A DNA stretch of 64,000 nt from an uncultured delta proteobacterium (GTDB taxonomy: Bacteria; Desulfobacterota; RBG-13-43-22): the NCBI GenBank assembly GCA_963802945.1, contig CAWDKY010000016.1:192001-256000 (forward strand), read 5' to 3'. Made by a program: the position numbers and the translations under genes. Shown here in pieces: positions 43,377 through 53,749 of this stretch (its first letter is position 1; every line of letters begins with the position of its first letter). Under the pieces are notes generated by a model. That model was not told the origin of the DNA. It saw only the letters and a list, made by a program, of their open reading frames with translations, and searched no databases.

Positions 43377-44660
43377 TTAAAGATTTACGTGGTAAATCTC
43401 AAAGGCCTTTTGAGTCAGTTCTTCCCTAACAGAGGGATCCGCAATATCGATCAAGGCCTTCATGCGCTCCCGCACCGTCTTGCCTTTCAAGGCCGCTATA
43501 CCGTATTCCGTGATCACGTAGTCCACATCATTTCTGGACGTGGTTACGGCCGCCCCAATCTTGAGTGTAGGGACTATCCTGGAAACGTCTCTGGCGGTAC
43601 TGGGGAGGGCAATAATGGCCTTTCCCCCATCCGATTGCCTGGCCCCTCTCACAAAGTCAAGCTGCCCGCCCACACCGGCGAATTGCTTTGGACCTAAGGT
43701 GTCAGCGCAGACCTGGCCGAGAAGATCCACTTCTAAAGCGGAGTTTATGGCGACCATCTTTTTATTCTGGGCGATGACATAAGGATTGTTGGTGTAATCC
43801 ACGGTGTGCATTTCAAGCATGGGATTGTCATCTACCCAATCATAAAAGGCCCTTGAACCCATCAGGAAAGTCACGACGATCTTGTCTTTGTGGATCGTCT
43901 TTTTTCGGCCAGTGATTATGCCTTTTTCCACCAGATTTTTCGCGCCGTCGGAAATCATTTCCGAATGAATCCCCAGATCCTTGAATCCGGTGAGGTTAGA
44001 AAGCACCGCGTCGGGAATGCCCCCAATTCCAAGCTGGAGACAGCACCCGTCATCGATCAGTTCAGCGGCGTGTCTGCCAATGCTTTTTTCTACCTCCGTC
44101 AACGCGCTGCTCTTCAACTCGATGATGGATTCGTTGACTTCGACAAAATAATCGATGTCCGAAAGAGGAACAAAGGATTGGCCGTGGGTCCTGGGCATGG
44201 TTGGATTGACTTCGGCCATGACTACTTTTGCCGTTTTGACCGCTTTTTTGGTGTAATCCACCGAAACACCCAGACTGCAAAGGCCATTTTTATCAGGAGG
44301 AGAGACCGTGACTATGGCTACATCGACCGGGAGCACGGACTCAAAAAGAGACGGTATTTCTCTGAACACACAGGGCAGGTAATCCGCCCTGTTTTCCCAA
44401 AGCGCATCTCGGGTTGTGGCCCCGGCGAACAAAGAAATATGGCGAAAGCTGGAAGCCAATTCAGGACGGCAATAGAAGGCCTCCCCCATAGAGACCATAT
44501 GGACAATCTCAACATCTCGGAGTTCCCCTGCTCTATTGACCAGTTTCCTGGGTAATATCCGCGGTTCTCCACAGGCGTGGGAAAAAACAATTCTGTCACC
44601 CGAATGGATCTTTTTCACTGCTTCTTCCGCAGTGCAAACATGTTCCTGGTAATAGCCCAT
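43377..44660 (-). CDS. 4-hydroxybutyrate CoA-transferase / acetyl-CoA hydrolase family
   Basis: LQLGIGGIPDAV, DLGIHSEM, GVGGQLDFVRGA, DYVITEYG. Confidence 0.9.
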   Translation of the reverse strand: MGYYQEHVCTAEEAVKKIHSGDRIVFSHACGEPRILPRKLVNRAGELRDVEIVHMVSMGEAFYCRPELASSFRHISLFAGATTRDALWENRADYLPCVFREIPSLFESVLPVDVAIVTVSPPDKNGLCSLGVSVDYTKKAVKTAKVVMAEVNPTMPRTHGQSFVPLSDIDYFVEVNESIIELKSSALTEVEKSIGRHAAELIDDGCCLQLGIGGIPDAVLSNLTGFKDLGIHSEMISDGAKNLVEKGIITGRKKTIHKDKIVVTFLMGSRAFYDWVDDNPMLEMHTVDYTNNPYVIAQNKKMVAINSALEVDLLGQVCADTLGPKQFAGVGGQLDFVRGARQSDGGKAIIALPSTARDVSRIVPTLKIGAAVTTSRNDVDYVITEYGIAALKGKTVRERMKALIDIADPSVREELTQKAFEIYHVNL

Positions 44661-44965
44661 TATTATCTCCCTATCTCGCAAGATTTTATTTTAACGTTTC
44701 CCTTCGACTTCGTCAAGAGAGGAGCATCACCTCCTTATTCCAATTTTGCCGGGCTGTCCGGATATCTTTTAGTTATAATTTAATTGACACACAGGAATGG
44801 ACTTTCTATACTTTTTTTTCAAAAAATATTTTATCAGAATCCATTGGAGTTAAGAATTAATGAGCCATAGGATCAAGGAGCAGGCGATGATGGTCCTTGG
44901 CAATTATGCTCAATATCGACAGCATCTTTCCTGTTAATAGGAAAAAAACTTATGGAGTATTGATT

Positions 44966-45943
44966 ATGCGATACATCATTTTTGGAGCTGGGGCCATCGG
45001 TGGGGTAATCGGTGCGCGTTTGCACCGGGCAGGCAAAGACGTGGTACTCATTGCCCGCGGCCGGCATCTGGAGGCGATCCGGGAGCATGGACTCCGGCTT
45101 GAAACACCGGAATGGACCGAGACTTACAAGATTAAGGCAGTTTCAACTTCGGCCGAAATTCAGTTTCAAGAGAACGATGTGGTCATCCTGGGTATGAAGT
45201 CGCAGGACACCGCCGCTGCACTTAAGGCCCTTCAAACAGCAGCCGGTGGCCGGATACCGGTGGTCTGCACCCAAAACGGAGTGGCCAACGAACGGATGGC
45301 TCTGCGTCGATTTGAGAACGTCTATGCCATGGTCGTCATGCTCCCGGCCACGCATCTGGATCCGGGTGTGGTGCAGCAGAATTCGGCACCGACACCGGGC
45401 ATCCTGGATGCGGGACGGTATCCTCAGGGGACCGATTCTACGATAGAAGCGGTTTGCGCCGATCTCATGGATGCCGACTTCAGCGCTCGAGTCGATAGTT
45501 CGGTGATGCGGCAGAAATACACCAAACTTCTGATGAACCTGGCTAATGCCTTTCAGGCCATTTGCGGATATGATGCGGACGGCAGGGAGTTTCTTAAAGC
45601 CGCCCGGGAAGAGGCGCTGACCTGCTACCGGGCCGCCGGTATTGACTTCGCCACAACCGAGGAATTTCAAAGCCGCCGCGGAAATATCATTCAGGTGAAG
45701 AATATCGGAGACAAGCGAAGATTTGGCAGCTCATCATGGCAAAGCGCAGCACGAGGTACAGGCACCATCGAGGCGGACTGGCTGAACGGTGAGATCTGCC
45801 TGCTGGGGCGCCTTCACGGTGTACCCACGCCCGTAAATCGATTATTGCAGGCCACCGCAAACCGCGCTGCGCGGGAGAAGCTGACTCCGGGCACGATTAC
45901 GCCCGAGGACCTGCGGCGGCAGCTATGGCATCAAGAAGATTGA
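44966..45943 (+). CDS. Ketopantoate reductase family protein
   Basis: MRYIIFGAGAIGG, QNGV, KLLMN, SSWQ, EADWLNG. Confidence 0.85.
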   Translation: MRYIIFGAGAIGGVIGARLHRAGKDVVLIARGRHLEAIREHGLRLETPEWTETYKIKAVSTSAEIQFQENDVVILGMKSQDTAAALKALQTAAGGRIPVVCTQNGVANERMALRRFENVYAMVVMLPATHLDPGVVQQNSAPTPGILDAGRYPQGTDSTIEAVCADLMDADFSARVDSSVMRQKYTKLLMNLANAFQAICGYDADGREFLKAAREEALTCYRAAGIDFATTEEFQSRRGNIIQVKNIGDKRRFGSSSWQSAARGTGTIEADWLNGEICLLGRLHGVPTPVNRLLQATANRAAREKLTPGTITPEDLRRQLWHQED

Positions 45944-46101
45944 GATAAGATGTTGCATGCCTTAAGACTTTTCTCGTTGACAGAAATAAACTGGTTTTAA
46001 ATTAAATTTAGAGAGAAAGTTTAGGATAAAAAATGAACACCCGTCAACTTGGTGGGATTGATTAAAAAACCTTTTTTCAAATTAAGAGATTACAGGAGGT
46101 C

Positions 46102-46887
46102 ATGATGAAACTGCAGGATTTGTACAGCTTGAAAGGTAAGGTCGCCCTGGTTACCGGAGGCGGAAGAGGGATCGGCAAGTTTATTTCCACAGGATTGGCT
46201 GAGGCCGGCGCCGACCTGATCATTACATCTCGCAAGGAGAGAAACCTGGAGGCAGCGGCCCAGGAATTGTCGAAGTCATTTAATGTCCGGGTCTTGCCCA
46301 TTGCCTGCGATATGGCCAAGGAAGAAAATATTGAAAACATGCTCAAGACGGCTACCGAAAAATTTCCTCGTATTGATATCCTGGTAAACAATGCCGGGGC
46401 AACCTGGGGGGCACCGACCCTTAGCTTTCCTCTTGAGAAGTGGGATTATGTTTTCACGATTAATGTCAGAGGCGTATGGATATTGACCCAAAAAATAGCC
46501 AATCTGATGAAGGACTGGGGTGAGGGAACGATCATTAACCTGGCTTCGACCGCCGGTTTGCGGGGAACAACAGAAGAGGGACATCCGGCCGTCCCTTATA
46601 ATTCAACCAAAGCGGCCATTATCAGCTTGACACAGAATTTGGCCATCAAACTGGCGCCTTACCACATCCGGGTCAACGCTATCGCCCCGGGTTATTTCAA
46701 GACTGACATGATGGCCCATGTGACCAGAAACGAAGCCTTCTATAAGATGGCCACTGCGGGTATCCCACTGCAAAAAGCGGGCGACATCGACGATATGAAG
46801 GGTGTGGCCGTCTTTCTGGCCTCCAACGCCTCCCAGTTTATTACCGGCCAGACCATCGTCGTTGACGGCGGTTCCGTTGCCAAATAG
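46102..46887 (+). CDS. SDR oxidoreductase
   Basis: TGGGRGIG, NNAG, YNSTK, VNAIAPG. Confidence 0.92.
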   Translation: MMKLQDLYSLKGKVALVTGGGRGIGKFISTGLAEAGADLIITSRKERNLEAAAQELSKSFNVRVLPIACDMAKEENIENMLKTATEKFPRIDILVNNAGATWGAPTLSFPLEKWDYVFTINVRGVWILTQKIANLMKDWGEGTIINLASTAGLRGTTEEGHPAVPYNSTKAAIISLTQNLAIKLAPYHIRVNAIAPGYFKTDMMAHVTRNEAFYKMATAGIPLQKAGDIDDMKGVAVFLASNASQFITGQTIVVDGGSVAK

Positions 46888-46898
46888 GGCACTAAACC

Positions 46899-48158
46899 TT
46901 GGGCAAAGCTTCACATGAATTTCAGATTTTCGTCAAGCCCATTGGGTCCATCTGCAACCTGGGCTGTCATTACTGCTATTACCTGAAAAAAGAGCATCTC
47001 TACCCAAAAGGCGAGACGTTTCGCATGTCCGACGATATCCTGGAAAGATATGTCGTCCAACACATCGAAGCCTCTCCCGCTCCAACGATCAACTTTTCCT
47101 GGCATGGCGGGGAGCCGACCCTCCTGGGTCTTGATTACTTTCGCCGGATCGTGGCCCTTCAGCGCAAACATAAGCCTAACGGCCGCCGCATAACAAATGG
47201 AATGCAGACCAACGGCACCCTCATCGATGAGGAATGGTGCCGTTTCTTGGCCTCAGAGGACTTTGCCGTTGGCTTGAGTCTGGATGGCCCGCAGGAATTG
47301 CACGATCAACACCGGGTTTTCAAGAGTGGAAACCCCACGCATGAAAAGGTGATGCGCGGATACCATTACCTGCGACAGCACAAGGTTCCGGTTGATCTGC
47401 TGTGCGTGGTACAGGCCCATAACGTTCAACATCCCAGCGCGGTTTATCGGTTCTTTAAACAGATCAAGGCCCAATATATGACTTTTCTGCCTTTGGTTGA
47501 ACTGGATACAAATCAGGCCGGCAGCGTCGGCCCTAATTCTGTCCCGGCTGAATCCTGGGGGGATTTTTTATGCGCCATCTTCGACGAATGGAAGACTGAA
47601 GACATCGAACGAATCAAGGTGCAGATATTTGAGGAGACCGCAAGAACTGCTTTCAATCAAGAACATTCGTTGTGTATTTTCAGAAAAACCTGCGGTGATA
47701 TTTCCGTCATCGAACACAATGGGGATTTTTTTTCGTGCGATCATTTCGTCAACCTGGAACATCGCCTGGGAAATATTCAGGAGACACCCATTGTCGATTT
47801 GTTGGAAAGTCCGGCCCAGAGAGCCTTCGGTCAGGCCAAATGGGAGACACTTCCCAGATACTGCCGGAACTGCGAGGTACTGGAGATGTGTTATGGCGGG
47901 TGCCCTAAGGACCGTATCCTGCGTACGCCGGATGGAGAGGCGGGGTTGAACTACTTGTGTGCGGGCTATAAACGTTTTTTCACCCACTGCCGACCTTTTG
48001 TTGACCAGCTATCTGCTTTGTGGCGTCGGAAATCGGTTGAACGGCAAAGTCCTCCAGAGAAGGTCAAGAGCGTTCAGGCTTACCCCAAAGTTGGCCGCAA
48101 CGATCCTTGTCCGTGCGGCAGCGGCCTAAAGTACAAAAAATGCTGTATGGGCAAGTAA
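46899..48158 (+). CDS. Anaerobic sulfatase-maturase-type radical SAM/SPASM protein with SEC-C motif
   Basis: CNLGCHYC, WHGGEP, SCDHFV, CxxCxxxxxCxGGCPK, GRNDPCPCGSGLKYKKCC. Confidence 0.9.
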   Translation: MGKASHEFQIFVKPIGSICNLGCHYCYYLKKEHLYPKGETFRMSDDILERYVVQHIEASPAPTINFSWHGGEPTLLGLDYFRRIVALQRKHKPNGRRITNGMQTNGTLIDEEWCRFLASEDFAVGLSLDGPQELHDQHRVFKSGNPTHEKVMRGYHYLRQHKVPVDLLCVVQAHNVQHPSAVYRFFKQIKAQYMTFLPLVELDTNQAGSVGPNSVPAESWGDFLCAIFDEWKTEDIERIKVQIFEETARTAFNQEHSLCIFRKTCGDISVIEHNGDFFSCDHFVNLEHRLGNIQETPIVDLLESPAQRAFGQAKWETLPRYCRNCEVLEMCYGGCPKDRILRTPDGEAGLNYLCAGYKRFFTHCRPFVDQLSALWRRKSVERQSPPEKVKSVQAYPKVGRNDPCPCGSGLKYKKCCMGK

Positions 48159-48171
48159 ACGCGGCTGGATA

Positions 48172-48620
48172 GAGTTACGGGTTACGAGTTTAAAAAAAAT
48201 ACTTTTCCCTTAACCCCTCGCTCCCCGATGGGGCACCACGAAGGATGAAAGGATTGCTTTACCGTAACAATATGGTGTCATTCCGGTCCCGCATCAAGTG
48301 CGGGATAAACTCCAGCCGGAATCCAGGTCAATTAAAGCCTCAAACGCCCTGGATGCCGGATCGGGCCTGCCCCGTATTTGATACGGGGTCCGGCATGACG
48401 GAGAACAAACCAACCCAATTCTTATGGCGTGGTTATTTTCGTCTAAAAATCGTAACTCGTAACACGTAATGGTCTCGCAAAAAGTCGCCGAAAGTCCATT
48501 TTCGTCATTCCGACGAAAGTCGGAATCCAGGAACTTCAATAGGTTATAAAACCCCTGGACCCCGGTTTTCACCAGGGTGACGACTTTTTGCGAGTCCATC
48601 ACTCGTAACCCGTAACAGGG
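48172..48620. repeat. Composite nested repeat (heptamer arrays, palindromic cores, MITE-like shell)
   Basis: gttacgggttacgag / ctcgtaacccgtaac outer arms, two GTCAY palindrome pairs, TIR-like ctcgcaaaaagtcg/cgactttttgcgag. Confidence 0.8.
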
Positions 48621-48639
48621 GATCTTCAAATATCGTTAG

Positions 48640-49500
48640 TTACTTCTTCAGCTTTTCTTTAAAGAAGGCTATAGTACGCTGCCAGGCCAGTTGGGCCGCC
48701 TCCTTATTATATCGTCCGGGGTTGGTATCGTTGTTAAAAGCATGTTGTGCCCCCGCATACATGTATATCTTGTAGTCGATGGCTGCCTTCTTTAGAGCGG
48801 CTTCATAAGCCGGAATGCCTCCATTGATAAATTGATCGATCCCGGCATAATGGAGGAGCAAAGAAGCCTTGATCTTGGGAACATCTTCAGGAGCAGGCTG
48901 TCTTCCATAGTAGGGTACCACAGCCGATACATCCGAAGAGTGTACGGCCAGTTGGTTGGCCATCCCCCCTCCCCAGCAGAAGCCTACGACTCCAACCTTA
49001 CCGGTCGAAACAGGATTGGTTTTTAGAAATTTTACTGCCGCAAGATAGTTTTGTAAGGTTGAAGGCTCATCCAGTTTTTGAATCAACGCCGGCGCTTTTT
49101 CCTGATCTTCCGGAGTCCCCCCTAAAGGAGTTAAGGCATCAGGGGCGACAGCCAGAAAACCCTCCAAAGCGATACGCCTGGCAACGTCTTCGATATGAGG
49201 AACCAGGCCCCTGTTTTCATGGATGACGAGCACGCCAGGCTGCTTTTCCTTGCCTTTCGGCCTCGCCAAATAGGCCCGAATGTCGCCTGTCGCTCCCGGA
49301 TATTTTATAGTTTCCACGAACAGACGAGGTTCATCCTTGGGAACGATCTCGGCTTGAGCGAAATTTTTTTCCAATAAAGGCAGCAGAGTATAAGCAGCGG
49401 CAGTCCCACCGGCCAGAACAGCCAACCTCTTGATAAATTCACGGCGATCAAATAATTCATGGGTGTAGTCGTCGATCAATTCAATGATTTTTTGATCCAT
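48640..49500 (-). CDS. Dienelactone hydrolase family (YghX-like, Tat-like N-terminus)
   Basis: DRREFIK, HENRGL, GFCWGG, HAFNND. Confidence 0.9.
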   Translation of the reverse strand: MDQKIIELIDDYTHELFDRREFIKRLAVLAGGTAAAYTLLPLLEKNFAQAEIVPKDEPRLFVETIKYPGATGDIRAYLARPKGKEKQPGVLVIHENRGLVPHIEDVARRIALEGFLAVAPDALTPLGGTPEDQEKAPALIQKLDEPSTLQNYLAAVKFLKTNPVSTGKVGVVGFCWGGGMANQLAVHSSDVSAVVPYYGRQPAPEDVPKIKASLLLHYAGIDQFINGGIPAYEAALKKAAIDYKIYMYAGAQHAFNNDTNPGRYNKEAAQLAWQRTIAFFKEKLKK

Positions 49501-49637
49501 CTTTTTCTCCTTTCTTTCAGGGATAATACAAATTATTTAACTTTAGCGACAAAAAAGCAAGTTCAATCAAAATTTGTTGCTTGCTTCCCTCCTCTATTTT
49601 TTATATACTTATATCATTCAAAAACCACTCATTAATT

Positions 49638-49781
49638 GAGGTTCTTTCAAATCTCTTAAATTTCGTCACACCGGCGAAAGCCGGTGTCCAGAATGCATTT
49701 AAAAGACTGGATTCCGGCTGGAGTTTATCCCGCACTTGATGCGGGACCGGAATGACATCTCTGGACTTTTGCAAGAGCCTC
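49638..49781. repeat. MITE-like shell with palindromic core
   Basis: gaggttctttcaaa / tttgcaagagcctc ends enclosing the same core as 8690-8790. Confidence 0.7.
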
Positions 49782-49804
49782 TATTTGTAAGGAGGAATGA
49801 GACC

Positions 49805-50545
49805 ATGTACGAAGGGATGATAGCCGAGACAGTTGGTTTTTATGGGTGTGACAATGATCCAATAGAAGGATATCTGGCCCGTCCGCTGGGACCGGGGCCT
49901 TTCCCAGGCGTTATTGTTGTTCATCATCTACCGGGTTGGGATGAAGCAACTAAAGAAATAACCCGTAAACTGGCCTATCACGGCTATGTAGGTTTTTCCC
50001 CACACCTCCACCATCGGGAAGGCCCAGGTACCCCCGATGAACTCTTGGCCAAGGTTTGGGCTGCCGGCATGGTCCCAGACAAACGCTGTATGGGCGATAT
50101 CGATGCAGCCATTCGATATCTGGAGACCCAGTCCTATTACAGCGGCAAGGTCGGCATCATCGGGTATTGTTCCGGTGGCCGGCAGGTTTACTTGGCGGCT
50201 TGCACCATCAAACGCATCAATGCCGCCGTGGATTGTTATGGGGGTCGGGTGGTGGCCAAGCCCGAGGAACTTACCAAAGGTTGGACGGTTGCCCCCATTG
50301 ACCTGACCAAGGATCTGGCCTGTCCCTTGCTGGGTCTGTTTGGCGCCGAAGATCAAAACCCTTCACCTGAGCATGTGAAGCGCATGGAGGAAGAACTCAA
50401 ACGATACAACAAGACCTATGAATTTCACACCTACCCAAACGCCGGTCATGGTTTCTTTTCAGTAGACCGGCCAAGTTACCGGGTAGAGGCTGCCGTTGAC
50501 GGCTGGAAAAAGATCTTTACCTGGTATGAAAAATATTTAAAATGA
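49805..50545 (+). CDS. Dienelactone hydrolase family protein
   Basis: GYLARP, GYCSGG, AGHGF; SD AAGGAGG before ATG 49805. Confidence 0.9.
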   Translation: MYEGMIAETVGFYGCDNDPIEGYLARPLGPGPFPGVIVVHHLPGWDEATKEITRKLAYHGYVGFSPHLHHREGPGTPDELLAKVWAAGMVPDKRCMGDIDAAIRYLETQSYYSGKVGIIGYCSGGRQVYLAACTIKRINAAVDCYGGRVVAKPEELTKGWTVAPIDLTKDLACPLLGLFGAEDQNPSPEHVKRMEEELKRYNKTYEFHTYPNAGHGFFSVDRPSYRVEAAVDGWKKIFTWYEKYLK

Positions 50546-50736
50546 AAATGGTTATCTAATGAATAAAGTTGAATAGGGGGGAACGCTCTTCTTACCTATG
50601 TGGTTTAGGGATCGGTTAAATCAACCGGCTTCCCCCCAATTCGTCTGAATAGCCAACCCAATTTCTTTTCTTCAAGGCGCAACATAAATAAGTTCTTGCC
50701 CAAACTGCTCAAGGATTAGAGTAAAATATTTTCTTC

Positions 50737-50775
50737 TTGACAATGTAGTCACATAAACATAAAATGTGTCTACAT
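50737..50775 (+). promoter_or_regulatory. TA promoter with overlapping operator inverted repeat
   Basis: TTGACA-N17-TAAAAT overlapped by atgtagtcacat/atgtgtctacat. Confidence 0.7.
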
Positions 50776-50797
50776 ATTTCCCAGATGGAGAAGAATC

Positions 50798-51088
50798 ATG
50801 AAAAAGGCCGGCGTTCGTGAATTGAGGCTTCATTTCAGTCAATACCTTCAAGAAGTAAAGCAGGGGGAACCATTATTAATTACAGAGCGGGGTGAGGGGG
50901 TTGCCCAAATCCTTCCACTCCTTCCCAATGAAAGCAAACAGGGCAGAAAGATCCAAGCCGCTTTGCGGCAATTGGCTCAAAAAGGTCTTATTCACCTTCC
51001 CCCAAGGCAGAAATTCGCCGGTCCTCCCAAACGGATCAAGATTCCAGGCAAGCCGTTTTCAGAAGCGGTCATAGAGGATCGCAGATGA
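50798..51088 (+). CDS. Phd/YefM-family antitoxin
   Basis: GVRELRLHFSQYLQEVKQGEPLLITERG; ends with EDRR. Confidence 0.88.
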   Translation: MKKAGVRELRLHFSQYLQEVKQGEPLLITERGEGVAQILPLLPNESKQGRKIQAALRQLAQKGLIHLPPRQKFAGPPKRIKIPGKPFSEAVIEDRR

Positions 51089-51510
51089 TTCTCTACTGTG
51101 ATACTTCCGCTTTGATTAAACGTTATGTCGAAGAAGCAGGAAGCGATCAAGTGGACCGACTTTTTGAGGAAGGGTCGTCCGTGGTCACTTCAACAGTTGC
51201 TTTCGCTGAAATAATGGCCGTTTTTAGACGAAAATATCGAGAAGGCATACTTACCAGAACCGGCTATTCTAAATCGGTCTTGGAATTTAAAAAAGAGTAT
51301 TCCAAACTTATTTTGGTTTCTATAACCCCGGAGTTAAATCAACTTATTGAAAACCTTGTTGTTAAACATCCCTTAAGAGGTTTTGACGCCATCCATCTCG
51401 CTTCGGCCCTGCTGGTTCAAAAAGAAGGCTCTATGAATGTCAATTTCGCCTGCTTTGATCGTGTCTTAAATAAGGCAGCGTCCTCAGAAGGTCTCCTAAT
51501 ATCTTTTTAA
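51085..51510 (+). CDS. vapC: VapC PIN toxin
   Basis: LYCDTSALIKRYVEE, LRGFDAIHLASA, FDR. Confidence 0.9.
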   Translation: MILYCDTSALIKRYVEEAGSDQVDRLFEEGSSVVTSTVAFAEIMAVFRRKYREGILTRTGYSKSVLEFKKEYSKLILVSITPELNQLIENLVVKHPLRGFDAIHLASALLVQKEGSMNVNFACFDRVLNKAASSEGLLISF

Positions 51511-51727
51511 AGGCAAATAAATAAGTATGCTGTCCCCGGATTAAAGATCCTCAAAATGCAGGACAATTTTTTAACAGTAAAATTTTGTTCGGCCCTTCTT
51601 AAACCAGTTTTTTGATCATTTCCTACCGCTGATCCAGCCGACGAGAAGGCCGGCTATTGTATATTCCACCGTGATCCCTAAAAACAAGGTAAGGGCTATA
51701 TAATTTGGATAGTTTATTGGATCGACT

Positions 51728-52615
51728 TTACAGTAGGCCTGCTGCGGTCAGGGTATTCTTGACGAGTACGGCCTGTTCTGGTGTGAGCGGCGGAAGAGGC
51801 GGTTTCACATCGACCCGTATCGGATGGCCCAGCAGACGCAGGGCCTCCTTCATCAGGGCATGGGGTGCGGGCGCTCCGGCGATAAGGGGCAGCAATTGAT
51901 TGATCTCGGCCTGCAGGGGAGCCGCCTTCTCAAAATCGTTGGCCTTGAGGGCCTCGTAAAGACGAACCGCCGTCCGTGGTGCCACGTTCGGCAATGGACA
52001 GATGGCCCCGCAGGCGCCAACCCCCATGGTCTTGGTCAGGTTGACACAAATCCCGGTGAAGACGCTGAAGTCTTCATCGGCAGCATCGACCAGGCCCTTC
52101 ACCTCACTGGTTTTAAATATGGTTTCCTTGGCTCCGACCACGTTGTCGATCTTGGCTATCCTGGCAATTTGTTCGGGGGTAAGGACCAGATGACTGTGGC
52201 TGGGGAAATTGTAGAAAAGAACCGGAAGGTCCACCTGGTTACAGACGGTCTCGTAATGCTGATAAACAGAGTCTTCGTCCAGAGGATAGAAGACCGGCAA
52301 AGCCAAAAGTAAACCGTCGGCCCCGGCATCCTTGGCATAGCGGGCCATTTTGAGGGCGGCATCGGTCCCTCTCTCGTTAATGCCTACGATAACCGGCAAG
52401 GCACCGGCATTTGTTTCGATTACAGTATCAATAACCGATTTCTGGAGGTCGTGAGTGAGGTAAGGACACTCGCCATTACTTCCGAGGACGACCAGACCGT
52501 GCACCCCTGATTTGATCTGGTAGTTGGTCATCTTGGCCATAGCCGCCCGGTCAATTCCACCGGACTCATCATAGGCCGTTACCATTACGGTAAAAATCCC
52601 CTGAAACTTTTTCAC
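51728..52615 (-). CDS. DHDPS/NAL-family aldolase
   Basis: LGSNGE, YNFP, VVGAKET. Confidence 0.85.
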   Translation of the reverse strand: MKKFQGIFTVMVTAYDESGGIDRAAMAKMTNYQIKSGVHGLVVLGSNGECPYLTHDLQKSVIDTVIETNAGALPVIVGINERGTDAALKMARYAKDAGADGLLLALPVFYPLDEDSVYQHYETVCNQVDLPVLFYNFPSHSHLVLTPEQIARIAKIDNVVGAKETIFKTSEVKGLVDAADEDFSVFTGICVNLTKTMGVGACGAICPLPNVAPRTAVRLYEALKANDFEKAAPLQAEINQLLPLIAGAPAPHALMKEALRLLGHPIRVDVKPPLPPLTPEQAVLVKNTLTAAGLL

Positions 52616-52636
52616 CCTGGACCCCCTTTATTGGCT

Positions 52637-52969
52637 TTAATCAGATTTTGAAAATCGCAACAGACTCTTAAGTTTTTCAATTTTTTCTTCGTTCAACCCT
52701 TTTAAATCTGTGAAATCCAACCAGCCATCTTTTATCAACCGGGCAAAAACCAATTCAAGCATGGAATATCGGTAATCATATTTTTGATCGACTTCCTTCC
52801 TTTTCTCGGTCAGGAAATCATGCAGTTCCCAGATATCTTCCGGTTTTTTAATTTGTTCAGCCTTTTCACGGATCCTGCCTGCCAGATAAGTGCATTCCCG
52901 CTCAAAAGCTTTTTCAAAAGCTTCCTTGGCGATCTTCTTTTCGTTCTTTGACCAATTTACATAGTTCAT
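52637..52969 (-). CDS. Conserved-type hypothetical protein, possibly cassette-borne
   Basis: WSKNEKKIAKEAFEKA...KYDYRYS; co-oriented with the cassette array. Confidence 0.6.
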   Translation of the reverse strand: MNYVNWSKNEKKIAKEAFEKAFERECTYLAGRIREKAEQIKKPEDIWELHDFLTEKRKEVDQKYDYRYSMLELVFARLIKDGWLDFTDLKGLNEEKIEKLKSLLRFSKSD

Positions 52970-53062
52970 GGCCTTTGCATCCTGCTGGTTTGAAAATCAG
53001 TGGTAGCAGTAGCCGGAATTCATTTTTTATGAAAACCCACCTACATGCAGTTGCTGGAGGGG

Positions 53063-53665
53063 TTATTTAAGATATTGCTCAATGATCTCACCTTTCCTAA
53101 AACAGTCAAGAGAGTGGTCGTTTACCATACCGGTAGCCTGCATATGCGCGTAACATATGGTAGAACCTAAAAATTTAAAACCCCTCTGCTTCAAGTCTTT
53201 GCTCAAGGCGTCCGACTCTTTGCTTGTTGCCGGGTAATCCGATAATTTCCTTATTTTATTGATTTTCGGTTTACCGCCGACAAACCCCCATATATATTTT
53301 GAAAAACTTCCATAGGCTGCTTGAACTTCAAGAAATTTACGGGCATTATTTACCGTTGCTTCAATTTTCAATCTATTTCTAATTATCCCCGGATTCTGTA
53401 AAAGTTTTTCAATCTTTGCCCGATTAAATCTGGAAATCTTTTCCGGTTCGAAATTTTCAAAGACCCTTCGGTAATTCTCCCTTTTTTTTAAAACCGTGAA
53501 CCAACTCAAACCTGCTTGGGCGGATTCCAAGGTCAGAAATTCAAAGATCAACCGGTCATCATAAACCGGCACACCCCATTCCTTATCGTGATATTCCACA
53601 TAATCGACTTTACTCAAATCGACCCAAGGACAACGGCAAATATTATTTTTCCTATTTTTTTTCAT
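53063..53665 (-). CDS. tag: DNA-3-methyladenine glycosylase I
   Basis: RCPW, YHDKEWG, LESAQAGLSW, IIRNRLKI, GMVNDH..DC. Confidence 0.95.
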   Translation of the reverse strand: MKKNRKNNICRCPWVDLSKVDYVEYHDKEWGVPVYDDRLIFEFLTLESAQAGLSWFTVLKKRENYRRVFENFEPEKISRFNRAKIEKLLQNPGIIRNRLKIEATVNNARKFLEVQAAYGSFSKYIWGFVGGKPKINKIRKLSDYPATSKESDALSKDLKQRGFKFLGSTICYAHMQATGMVNDHSLDCFRKGEIIEQYLK

Positions 53666-53749
53666 TTGTCAACGAACTCATCTTCCAATGCGGCGTTGAC
53701 CCGTGGCACGCCGCTTGCGGGGGCCGAAGGCCCCATGCAAGCATGATCG

